Shown piece by piece: positions 20,729-29,302 of a stretch of 64,000 nt of DNA (position 1 is the stretch's first letter; the number at the start of each line of letters is the position of its first letter). The stretch lies in the NCBI GenBank assembly GCA_943354385.1, contig CALRBR010000002.1:4208-68207 (forward strand), given 5' to 3'. The position numbers and the translations under genes were made by a program. The notes under the pieces were generated by a model. It searched no databases, had not been told where the DNA came from, and worked only from the letters and a program-made list of their open reading frames with translations. The DNA is from Candidatus Tayloriibacteriota bacterium. Its GTDB lineage: Bacteria; Patescibacteriota; Minisyncoccia; Phycocordibacterales; PALSA-1337.

Positions 20729-22537
20729 CTACTGGTTCGCCAGCTCGTCTTTTGCTCGCTTTATAGCGAGGACCTGCTCGGGGTTGGTGGTGATGATCTG
20801 GTCCTCGGTGTATGAAGCGATCACCTTGATAGCCACATGTTTGAGGCCGACAAAGAAGATCCCCTCTCCAATATCCGACTCGAGCAGGAGATACTTCTCC
20901 TCGTCGGTAAGGTTGAAGGTTTTTTGAAGTATATCCATCGAAGACGGCGACTGCTTGAGCAATATCTGAATAGAAGAGTTGGTAATAATCGGCAATCCGT
21001 AAGGAGATTTTAGAAAGTCGTCCACGTCTTGAGTAATAGTCGCAAGGCCGAGATAGTATTTTCGTCCTCGTTTTGCGAGCCCAAGCAAGAACGATGCGGT
21101 GTCATCGGATTTCATCATCCACCATGCCTCGTCGATGACGAGTAGACGCTTTTTGAGATTCTTGCGGATAGCGTTCCAAATATAGTGGGTGACAATGTAC
21201 ATGGCTACCGGCTTGAGCTCGTCTTCCATGTCGCGGAGAGAAAAGACCACGAATTTTTTATTGATATCTACATTTGAAGGTCGATTGATAAAGCCCGACC
21301 AAGTACCTTTTGTATATTTACTGAGCTTTTGTACCAGCGACTCCCCTCCTTCCATGCCCGCAAGCACGAGCTCAAAGTCAGAGAGAAGTGGTGGCTCAAC
21401 ACTTTTAAAATCAGACTCGGCGGTGATATCTTTGAGTGCGTATGTCTCGGTAATAGCTCGGTCGATGATCGCGTCCTCCTCCTGAGTCAGTCCCCCCATC
21501 ATGATACGGAAAAGGCCCACGAGATTGACAATGTTTGAGCGGAGTACATCCGAGGCCGACTCGTCTTCTCGAGGTATTGGAAGGTCAAAGGGATTTATAT
21601 GGTGTTCTGAAGTAAGTGAAATATTGAAATATCTACCACCCACTGCTTCAGACATGTACTCGTATTCTTTTTCTGGGTCGATGACGATAACTTCAGTTTC
21701 AAACATTAGTGTTCGGAGTATTTCCAGCTTTACGGCGTAGGACTTACCAGAACCGGCTTTGGCAAAGGTTACTGAGTTGTAGTTTTCTAGCAGGAAGCGG
21801 TCAAAAAGAACGAGGCTGGAGTTGTGACGGTTGATACCATATAGAATACCTTTGTCAGAGGTGAGGTCAAATGAGACGAATGGAAAAAGACTTGAAAGTG
21901 GTGAGGAGTTGAGCTTTGAGTGCACATTGAGCTCATCGGTAGCAATAGGTAAAATACTTTTGTACCCTTGCTCCTGCTGGAAAAGGGCGGGCTTGAGGTA
22001 GACGAGCTTTGATTCCAGTACTGATTTTATCTCGGACTCTGTTTTGTCGAGCTCCCCTGCACTATCTCCATATATAGTAATGTATACACCGACGTCAAAA
22101 AGTTTCTCCTGGGCCTGCTGGAGATTGTCGCGAAGCTGTTCGAGATCACGATAAGCGGTGTCGAGCATCGGATCGCGCACGAGACCTTTTTCTTCTCGTA
22201 CATTGATCTGGCTTTGTACCTCGGCTACCTTTTTCTGAAATGTTCGGAGAGCTTTGGCGGTATCTACCGGGTGAATGAAAATAGAAATATTAAAAACTTT
22301 GTCGAGGTTTATGATTGGTGCAAACCAGCTATCGGAAAGAAAGCGAGGGTATGAGATCACGAAAAAAGTGCGGGCAATTTTCTCTCCTAGATTGAGTTCT
22401 TTTGGACTGACTTTCAGCGCAGATGGAGCAATAATGTCTTTTAGCTCGAGTATGCCAGCCTCATATATTTGCTGTGGCAAAATAGATGCGATGGGCACCT
22501 CTTTTTTACTTCCAAATAAATTAGAAAATATTCCCAT
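20729..22537 (-). CDS. VirB4/TrbE/CagE-family type IV secretion ATPase (C-terminal ATPase region)
   Basis: 602 aa. Walker A FAKAGSGKSYAV, Walker B LLVIDEAWWMM, conserved VirB4 motifs (VIDPEKEY, ATQ). Lacks the usual N-terminal ~200 aa. Confidence 0.8.
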   Translation of the reverse strand: MGIFSNLFGSKKEVPIASILPQQIYEAGILELKDIIAPSALKVSPKELNLGEKIARTFFVISYPRFLSDSWFAPIINLDKVFNISIFIHPVDTAKALRTFQKKVAEVQSQINVREEKGLVRDPMLDTAYRDLEQLRDNLQQAQEKLFDVGVYITIYGDSAGELDKTESEIKSVLESKLVYLKPALFQQEQGYKSILPIATDELNVHSKLNSSPLSSLFPFVSFDLTSDKGILYGINRHNSSLVLFDRFLLENYNSVTFAKAGSGKSYAVKLEILRTLMFETEVIVIDPEKEYEYMSEAVGGRYFNISLTSEHHINPFDLPIPREDESASDVLRSNIVNLVGLFRIMMGGLTQEEDAIIDRAITETYALKDITAESDFKSVEPPLLSDFELVLAGMEGGESLVQKLSKYTKGTWSGFINRPSNVDINKKFVVFSLRDMEDELKPVAMYIVTHYIWNAIRKNLKKRLLVIDEAWWMMKSDDTASFLLGLAKRGRKYYLGLATITQDVDDFLKSPYGLPIITNSSIQILLKQSPSSMDILQKTFNLTDEEKYLLLESDIGEGIFFVGLKHVAIKVIASYTEDQIITTNPEQVLAIKRAKDELANQ

Positions 22538-22628
22538 GGGATAATTATAGCTTAAATGTTGACGAGCACGAAATTCTTTCTTGGAGTATATTGTGGTTTT
22601 TCATGAGAGTTGTTGTCATTTTTTTGTA

Positions 22629-22743
22629 TTATTCCTCCTTTTCTAAAGGAGGTGGCTCGTACTCGAGACGGAGGATTTGTGTCTTCTGGTAAAATCCCTC
22701 CTTTCCAGTAGTGAAGGGATCCCTTTAGGAAAGGGAGAATAAT
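22629..22743. repeat. family-1 MITE-like repeat (short form) between the two virB4-like ORFs
   Basis: attattcctccttttctaaaggagg...cctttccagtagtgaagggatccctttaggaaagggagaataat. Confidence 0.75.
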
Positions 22744-22750
22744 ACAGTGC

Positions 22751-23398
22751 CTACGTCAACTGTATTGGCTTTTCCATATCTCCTGGATTGAAAATGCGGT
22801 AGTAGAGCTCGATAATTTCTTCGGTACCGAGCTGTACCACGCGAACACCAGATCTGACGAGTCCCTGCTCTACCACACTCATTCTTTGCTCTAGCTGACT
22901 GCGGTGTTCCTCAAAATCCTCTATTTTCTGCTTACCAGCATCTTCGGATACAGAAGGTTTTTTTCCTAGAAGCTTGCCCATGAAGTTATCTTTTGTTTGC
23001 AGGAGCGGTGGTGAGTATGGGATAACAACAAAAAAGCTTTTGGTCATGATGCTCGAGTTGTCGGTAAAGTTTTTGATAAATTCGATATATTCTCGCGTCT
23101 GAATTTTCATCAAGTCCCCCATTTGTTCCTTGTATCTGTTTTCGAGGAGTGCAATATAGGGTCTGATGTCTAGGCGTTTTGATTGTACAAATATTTGTAT
23201 AGAAAAATCTAGGGAGTTTAATAAATTTTGAAACTGATAGATGATGGAGTTTTGCTCGTCGGTCGATTTGAGAGCGAAGTTTAGAGATGAAGCCATGAGT
23301 ATTCCACGCATACCACCGTCTTTGAGAATGACCACGCCATTTTTGACCTCTTTGATCGGAACAAAATCTTGAGTTGTTTTTGAGCTTGCAGTCGCCAT
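22751..23398 (-). CDS. hypothetical protein, candidate detached N-terminal domain of VirB4
   Basis: 215-aa ORF immediately upstream of the VirB4 ATPase, separated from it by a MITE copy. Combined length (817 aa) matches full-length VirB4. Confidence 0.4.
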   Translation of the reverse strand: MATASSKTTQDFVPIKEVKNGVVILKDGGMRGILMASSLNFALKSTDEQNSIIYQFQNLLNSLDFSIQIFVQSKRLDIRPYIALLENRYKEQMGDLMKIQTREYIEFIKNFTDNSSIMTKSFFVVIPYSPPLLQTKDNFMGKLLGKKPSVSEDAGKQKIEDFEEHRSQLEQRMSVVEQGLVRSGVRVVQLGTEEIIELYYRIFNPGDMEKPIQLT

Positions 23399-23445
23399 AG
23401 GTAAATTATATCATGAGATGTCCAGAAGTATGAAATGCCTTGCAT

Positions 23446-23591
23446 CATTCCTCCTTTTTTAAAAGGAGGCCGTCTACAGGTGTCAATCATAAACGATTGA
23501 CTCTGCTGGTACTCCAGACGGAGGATTTTTAACTCTAACAAAATCCCTCCCTCACAGTAGTGAAGGACTCCCTTTAGAAAAGGGAGAATTA
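23446..23591. repeat. family-1 MITE-like repeat
   Basis: Full-length copy with CAGTAG hairpin cctcacagtagtgaagg. Confidence 0.75.
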
Positions 23592-23620
23592 GTTCTCGTA
23601 AATCTTGCTTCTACCCAAAT

Positions 23621-24061
23621 CTACCTCTGTCTCTTATCCGAATATACACTGTTGTTTATATCCAAACTCCAAGTAAGATCCTTGAGCTTACTGTCGGAAA
23701 GCTTTGGTACAGAAAGCATTGGAATGTCCTCCGTCGATTCGTCGGGGACACCACTTACTACTGGCCGATCATGTTTTTTCCAAATATATAATTTTTCATT
23801 TACCACATATTTGAACGCAGATTCTACCAGAGCAGAAAAAGGCATCGGGCTCGGATTGTAGGGTTTATAAAAGGCTAGAGCTCCTGCAAAAGCGAGGATA
23901 GGTAGGATCAGGATAAGACTAATATAGATAGGCACAGGCAGAAACTGGTACACCATAAAAGACATTCCTAGTCCCCCACCCATATATACAAACTGTTTAA
24001 AGGTCAGCTGGCCAAATATCTTGTCTTCTATTTCTATAAATTGTGGGACTTGGAAGCGCAT
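23621..24061 (-). CDS. VirB3/PrgI-like small membrane protein
   Basis: 146 aa. N-terminal QF.EIEDKIFG..T..QF motif followed by two TM helices. Positioned directly upstream of virB4-like genes, as VirB3 usually is. Confidence 0.4.
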   Translation of the reverse strand: MRFQVPQFIEIEDKIFGQLTFKQFVYMGGGLGMSFMVYQFLPVPIYISLILILPILAFAGALAFYKPYNPSPMPFSALVESAFKYVVNEKLYIWKKHDRPVVSGVPDESTEDIPMLSVPKLSDSKLKDLTWSLDINNSVYSDKRQR

Positions 24062-24105
24062 GGGGCAAGCTTAAAATTAAAAATGCAAAGTTTGAGAGTC
24101 TTGAG

Positions 24106-24160
24106 TTATTCCTCCTTTCCTAAAGGAGCTGGCTCGTAATCGAGACGGAGGATTTAATCT
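24106..24160. repeat. family-1 repeat, left half, flanking DUF559 gene
   Basis: ttattcctcctttcctaaaggagctggctcgtaatcgagacggaggattt. Overlaps the last codons of the DUF559 ORF. Confidence 0.6.
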
Positions 24161-24482
24161 CTCGCACGACACTCTCTATATTATACCTCACATCCGCATC
24201 ACTAAACCTAAGGAATCGGATACCTTTTAATTCTAACATATTCTGTCGAATAATGTCCGCTTCGACTTTACTATCATGACTCACCCCATCTATCTCTATA
24301 GCTAGGTTTAAAGTGTGGCAGTAAAAATCAACGATATATTTATTAACAGGTCTTTGTCGTAAAAATTGATATCCAAGTTTTTTCTTTTTTAACTCTTTCC
24401 ATAATAATACTTCTGCAAGATTGCCTGATTTGCGTAGGTTTTTTGCAAGAGGCTTGAGATTTTTATGATAGATGAGCTTCAT
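24120..24482 (-). CDS. DUF559 (Vsr/PD-(D/E)xK-like) endonuclease-domain protein
   Basis: 120 aa. Characteristic ...YIVDFY...LAIEIDG..H.... pattern. Last ~12 codons are encoded by a MITE arm. Gene is nested between two halves of a MITE copy. Confidence 0.7.
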   Translation of the reverse strand: MKLIYHKNLKPLAKNLRKSGNLAEVLLWKELKKKKLGYQFLRQRPVNKYIVDFYCHTLNLAIEIDGVSHDSKVEADIIRQNMLELKGIRFLRFSDADVRYNIESVVREIKSSVSITSQLL

Positions 24483-24497
24483 TTTTTAATGAAATCT

Positions 24498-24636
24498 AAA
24501 TCCTCCGCCTTTCAGGCACCTCCTTTAGAAAAGGAGGAATAATTCGGAATCCATACCCATTCTCCCTTTCCTAAAGGCCGTCGACAGGTGTCGATCACGA
24601 ACGATCGACTCAGCAGGCTCCAAGCCGAGGGATTTG
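24498..24636. repeat. family-1 repeat, right half plus additional core module, flanking DUF559 gene
   Basis: aaatcctccgcctttcaggcacctcctttagaaaaggaggaataattc followed by ccattctccctttcctaaaggccgtcgacaggtgtcgatcacgaacgatcgac... Confidence 0.6.
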
Positions 24637-24638
24637 AG

Positions 24639-25490
24639 CTAAAAAGTCTCTCGGTAAGGATCTGCTTTATACGGTGCTTGAGGCGCAGAAGGCTTTTGGG
24701 AGATGACTGTGGTGGCCGTGACGACTACTCCACTGAGCTTGGCGCTGACGATGTTGTTGGCTGGGGCGGCGGGTGTTTTGGGAGCAGGTTGAGTTTGAGG
24801 AGGTGTGGGGTAGGAGTGATTGTTTTGCGGGACGATCGCTGGCAGATCATTGTCGTTATGTGCCACAGGGAGATTTGATGGAGCGGGAGAGGTTTTGGCT
24901 ACAGCAGGTGAAGCCACGGTATTATTCCTAGCAGGGATAGTCCTTGCTAGGGTTATGGGAGCTGGGTCCTCGATGTCGTTTTTAGCAAGGACCGTCCTTG
25001 CTAAGGTTGTTGGAGCCGGATCCTCGATGTCGCGGAGGATATCTTCCCTCTTTAGAGTCGCGTGATGCTCGTCGGTCTCGACGGGATGCTCGCTGTCAGG
25101 GGCGAGATTGGAGGTTTTATCGTCTGATAACGTTGTGTTTGTCGTGCCAGCTCCCTCTTCCTCAAGAAGTGGTGCTTGTTCGGCGAGCTTTTTCAATGAT
25201 TCTCTAATGGCTAAGAAAATCTCATTATTTACATCTCTGGCAATCATTTCGGCTACACCCTGAGATACTTCGAGCTTTTTTCTAATACTTGTGACAAAAT
25301 TATTGGGATGAGTGAGTCCGAGCATAACCATATCTGTAGTGGCGTACAAAGCACCAATTTTGTCGACGTGCAAGGAATGTTTTTCACCTATTTTGTTTAT
25401 TTTTGATCCCAGATTAGAATATTCTATCGCCCGCTGTATCTCGGGAGGTAAGGAAGCTATTATTTCTTGTCGAGTTTTTTGTTGAGACAT
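24639..25490 (-). CDS. hypothetical protein with disordered Pro/Ala/Thr-rich C-terminus
   Basis: 283 aa. Structured N-terminal ~110 aa, then low-complexity repeats (EDPAPTTLARTVLAKN twice). 3' end abuts a MITE. Confidence 0.45.
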   Translation of the reverse strand: MSQQKTRQEIIASLPPEIQRAIEYSNLGSKINKIGEKHSLHVDKIGALYATTDMVMLGLTHPNNFVTSIRKKLEVSQGVAEMIARDVNNEIFLAIRESLKKLAEQAPLLEEEGAGTTNTTLSDDKTSNLAPDSEHPVETDEHHATLKREDILRDIEDPAPTTLARTVLAKNDIEDPAPITLARTIPARNNTVASPAVAKTSPAPSNLPVAHNDNDLPAIVPQNNHSYPTPPQTQPAPKTPAAPANNIVSAKLSGVVVTATTVISQKPSAPQAPYKADPYRETF

Positions 25491-25527
25491 TTTTTAATAT
25501 GTGTAACTAGAGTAATATTTTATTCTA

Positions 25528-27624
25528 TTATACACGCCAGCGATCCGTTTTTCCTATCGGATCACTGATGTAATTAAAGGCGGGATGGGTAGGAATTTGA
25601 CCCATTATTTTATTTCCAATATCTATCTTTATAGATTCATCAAGATCATTAGTTAATTCCTTTAATTTGCCAATTTTTAATTCTTTAATAAAATCTGGAT
25701 TGTTGACGATCGCGGCTCTGCTGGGACCTTCAATTATTTCTATAAGGTCTTTTGCGGGCAAGGAAGCAAGCATTTTTTTAATCTTAGCGGAATCATTCGA
25801 GATTAGGGCATCATTTCTCTGCTTAGACATCTCGGCTTTAATAGCAATTTTGGTCGGTTGTTCAATGCTACTACCCAGTAACTTTTTAAGCCTGTCTGGG
25901 TTTTCAGAAATTGCTTCTACGAATTTTGTACTAGACAGTACTGCGGGATCAAGATTTTCAATCTCGCTATCACTGAGCTTGTCTAATTCTTTGGTAACAT
26001 CTGTTCCTGCTGTGGCCCCATCTTTTATGTTTTTTAGACGTGCGGTTCTAAGCTCCGCTTTCCTTTCTTCAGGAAGCTCACTCTTTTCAGACATATGTTC
26101 TGCCTGACCTTTATTGAGATGTGGCATAAGTTTCTCTAATTGTTCTTTTTTTAACCCAAGTGATTCTATTTGCTTACCAGACATATTTTTAACCTCATTG
26201 AGCATCGCTAGGTGTTCTGGGCTAGTAACACTCGCACCTATACCACTTACTATAGTAGCTCTTTTCTTTATGGAATCTTGCTTGGTCGCATTTTCCTTAT
26301 CTCTATCCCCTTGATCCTTGAAAGATCTTTCCCCTCCAAATTTATTTTTTGCCAAAGCACCTATGCTACTTTCACGTAAAGATCTACCGAGGCCTGTGTT
26401 TCCAATCCAGGTGTTTCCCGCTAGTTTATCTAGGTTAGAACCAGCCCATCCAAGGGTATTTCTCGCTGCCCAGCTACCCCCAAGTCTCGGCAATGCCAAG
26501 CCAACATTCTTTGCCCACCCTTCAAATGTAGCCGCTCCCTTCACCCCAAACTCCTTTGCAATAATGAGTGATGCCATGAGGAAGATGATGATGACGCAGT
26601 AGTTGAAGATCACAGCAATAGACCCTCCACCAGTCAAGGCCGAGATGGATCCATTGCCGGGATTGACCGCCGCCTGAAAGCCAGGAGAAGCCACGATCTT
26701 GATTCCCACATAGGTGACCGCGAGATAGACAGGCATAAAGAGGCATTGGTCCATAAGGGCAGACCACCATTTGTCAGCTTGAGCTTTCGCTTTACCACCG
26801 AGGGCTTGCCCCGCAAAGGCAATCGGCGAGGTAACCATGAGTAGGAGGAGTATGACGATACGCACCATAAAGAAGAAGGCGGCAGCCAGGAAGACGATGG
26901 AGGCAATGAGCATGACGATGGAACCCATGATGGTATTGATAAGAAGTCGAACGAAGGGTGGTGCTTCAGCACTCGATGCCGAGCCAGCGAGCTTGTCGTT
27001 TTTAAGGCCTGGTTTTAACCCGGATGGATCATAGGTGGTCTGGATGTAGAGGCTGTCCATGAAAATGGCGGAAAGGCCGGTTCTCTTAAGCCCAAATACT
27101 TTACTAGTACTTAAGTCTCCATCAGGATTCGGTACCAATGCTTTATAAAAACCCAGAGACACCACGTTAGACGCGTCGATCACCAGCTTAGTAAAGAAAA
27201 GACTGAAATTTATAAGAAGACCTGCGATGACAACAGTCATGAGTACCTTCTTGGCATTTTCTTTGCCCCCGCCGACGCCCAGGATGGTGGTGATGGCGGT
27301 GTACAGAAGGATAAAGATAAAAAACATGGTACAGAGATCACGGAAGACTTTCCAACCGGTCTCGATGGCAGGAATTTTTTCGACCAGACTGGCGATATTG
27401 AGAGTCCAGTTGAGCGAGTAGTCGAGGAGCAGTCCAGAGATGTAGATAAAGAAGGACATGGCCTGGAGGACCATGTTTCCCATAAATTGGGCAATACTTT
27501 CGATCGGGCTATCGGCAAATTTTAATATTGCTAATGCTTGTGCGTGTGCTTCATGTACCCCAAAAACCCCGGTCCATCCGAGGATAAGTGCAACTATGAA
27601 AATGTGAGGAAGATATTTTTTCAT
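25528..27624 (-). CDS. VirB6/TrbL-like polytopic inner-membrane protein
   Basis: 698 aa. Signal peptide, at least eight TM helices with Gly-rich loops, ~250-aa hydrophilic C-terminal domain. Architecture matches T4SS VirB6/TrbL. Confidence 0.55.
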   Translation of the reverse strand: MKKYLPHIFIVALILGWTGVFGVHEAHAQALAILKFADSPIESIAQFMGNMVLQAMSFFIYISGLLLDYSLNWTLNIASLVEKIPAIETGWKVFRDLCTMFFIFILLYTAITTILGVGGGKENAKKVLMTVVIAGLLINFSLFFTKLVIDASNVVSLGFYKALVPNPDGDLSTSKVFGLKRTGLSAIFMDSLYIQTTYDPSGLKPGLKNDKLAGSASSAEAPPFVRLLINTIMGSIVMLIASIVFLAAAFFFMVRIVILLLLMVTSPIAFAGQALGGKAKAQADKWWSALMDQCLFMPVYLAVTYVGIKIVASPGFQAAVNPGNGSISALTGGGSIAVIFNYCVIIIFLMASLIIAKEFGVKGAATFEGWAKNVGLALPRLGGSWAARNTLGWAGSNLDKLAGNTWIGNTGLGRSLRESSIGALAKNKFGGERSFKDQGDRDKENATKQDSIKKRATIVSGIGASVTSPEHLAMLNEVKNMSGKQIESLGLKKEQLEKLMPHLNKGQAEHMSEKSELPEERKAELRTARLKNIKDGATAGTDVTKELDKLSDSEIENLDPAVLSSTKFVEAISENPDRLKKLLGSSIEQPTKIAIKAEMSKQRNDALISNDSAKIKKMLASLPAKDLIEIIEGPSRAAIVNNPDFIKELKIGKLKELTNDLDESIKIDIGNKIMGQIPTHPAFNYISDPIGKTDRWRV

Positions 27625-27627
27625 ACT

Positions 27628-29301
27628 TTAATTTGGTCGTAAGGGCGAGGTGTTTGGAAAAGATGCACACTCTGTGAGTTTGCGAGACGTCTCGACATTT
27701 AATGTATCCATTGTAGCAGAGATGGCGGTTTTTTGTTGCTTGGCTTCCCCAATATCTAGCTCATTATAGATTTTACCGGGGCCGTCGTTGGTAGCCATAG
27801 TTTGATATTCGGTGGTTGCCGCCAGAGTGTCCTGGAGCGATTCTGTAGCACTTATTTTTGTTTTAAGTTGTTGTAATTTTCTAAGGACATTATCGGCTGA
27901 GCTGATGTCGTTCGCGATATCTGATTTTGGTTTATCTATATCTGTTTGTATTTTAGTGCGAGCATTGGCTGATCGAATAGTAGCCTCTGCAATATCAGAA
28001 CTTGAAAGAGGTGGTGTCTGAGGGGTAGTGATTTTATTGGTATAGCACGATGCTAGCTGATTGAGTTTGCTTTCGGCACCGGTGAAGGCGCTAAGAGTGC
28101 TTTCTTTTTCAGTTTTAAATTTGCCGACAGTAAGGATTGACTTTTCGACACCTTGCTTGCCCTTTGCGTCAATATTTTTAAGGGTATCCGTATCCTGAGC
28201 TGCACCGAGCTTGTCGAGATATGATGAGCCATCGTATTGGGTATCATTGGCACCTTTGAGGCCACTTCCCCCACCAACCACCTGGTTTACCAGCTGGGCA
28301 AAAAGGGCGTTCACTATTTCATTGAACTCATCGGCAAGACCGAGACCATCGATACTACTACCGAGCACTTTGCCGAGCTGGCCTTCGATGACAGAGCCAG
28401 GGGTGTTGATTTTACAGCCAGTTTGCTCTTCCATTTTAAGCATGTGCTTGTAACCAGCGGCAGCTTCTTTGTCGTAATTATCGCTGTTTTTGTCCCCTGT
28501 TTCTGCCAGCTGGCTACGGTATTCTGCTGCATTTTCAGAGTTTTTACCGGTGCAATCACTTTTAAATGAGAGAAACCCTCGGCCTTGGCCGAGCTCGTCT
28601 TTGCCGAGAACTTGTTTTTGGTTGATGCGTAAAGAAAGCTCGTTTTGAGCCATCAGTGTGGCACCGTAGACATTGTTTTGGGGCTGAGTAGTGAGAGAAA
28701 GCCAGCTGTTCCAGCCACCATTTTTGAAATTGCCTTTGGTAAAGCTTCGACCGTTTATACTAGCGCCGTCGATTGCACCGCCTACATTTTTGACGATATC
28801 TGTGAAAGTACAGGTAACTCTTTTCTTGAAAGGCGAATATTGAAAGGCCAGGGCGATACGAAGATCGATATTAAACTCTTTACAGAGAAAATTGAGGTCA
28901 GAAGAACCCTCGATAAATTTACCAATCTCTTCACTTGCGATGTTGGTAAAAAAGCCTGCAGGGTCGGTGACAAAGGACGGGCTACCCTCAAAGCCAGTGT
29001 TGATCCACTTGACCACGCTGGTGGTGATCTGCCGGAGAATGGCTTTGACGATATATGTGACCAGACCGTCGAGGACGAACTCTTTGTACTGGACGGCGTA
29101 CGTAGCAATATTGGATCCGATAGCGCCCAATGCGGTAACGGGAGCAGATACCGCAGTAACTGTGTTCTGGACCGTGTTGGCGACATCGGCCGTAAGAAGT
29201 TGGGCACTCGCTTTCTGAGATTGTATAAAAAAAGTCGATGAAAAAACAAAAGTGAAGATAAGTGCTGCTGATATGATTTTGTGAAAGATGTTCCCAATCA
29301 T
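27628..29301 (-). CDS. large secreted protein, hypothetical
   Basis: Start at M20 (MIGNIFHKIISAALIFTFVF...ASAQ signal), 1 nt after the upstream gene's stop. Gly/Asn/Ser-rich with several Cys. Confidence 0.5.
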   Translation of the reverse strand: MIGNIFHKIISAALIFTFVFSSTFFIQSQKASAQLLTADVANTVQNTVTAVSAPVTALGAIGSNIATYAVQYKEFVLDGLVTYIVKAILRQITTSVVKWINTGFEGSPSFVTDPAGFFTNIASEEIGKFIEGSSDLNFLCKEFNIDLRIALAFQYSPFKKRVTCTFTDIVKNVGGAIDGASINGRSFTKGNFKNGGWNSWLSLTTQPQNNVYGATLMAQNELSLRINQKQVLGKDELGQGRGFLSFKSDCTGKNSENAAEYRSQLAETGDKNSDNYDKEAAAGYKHMLKMEEQTGCKINTPGSVIEGQLGKVLGSSIDGLGLADEFNEIVNALFAQLVNQVVGGGSGLKGANDTQYDGSSYLDKLGAAQDTDTLKNIDAKGKQGVEKSILTVGKFKTEKESTLSAFTGAESKLNQLASCYTNKITTPQTPPLSSSDIAEATIRSANARTKIQTDIDKPKSDIANDISSADNVLRKLQQLKTKISATESLQDTLAATTEYQTMATNDGPGKIYNELDIGEAKQQKTAISATMDTLNVETSRKLTECASFPNTSPLRPN

Positions 29302-29302
29302 A

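Noticed and set aside
22538-22629. Absence of a Shine-Dalgarno sequence before the VirB4 ATPase as evidence of a pseudogene
   Set aside because: Most clearly real genes in this window (ruvB, ruvC, pilB-like, dnaA) also lack SD-like sequences. Absence of SD is therefore uninformative here.
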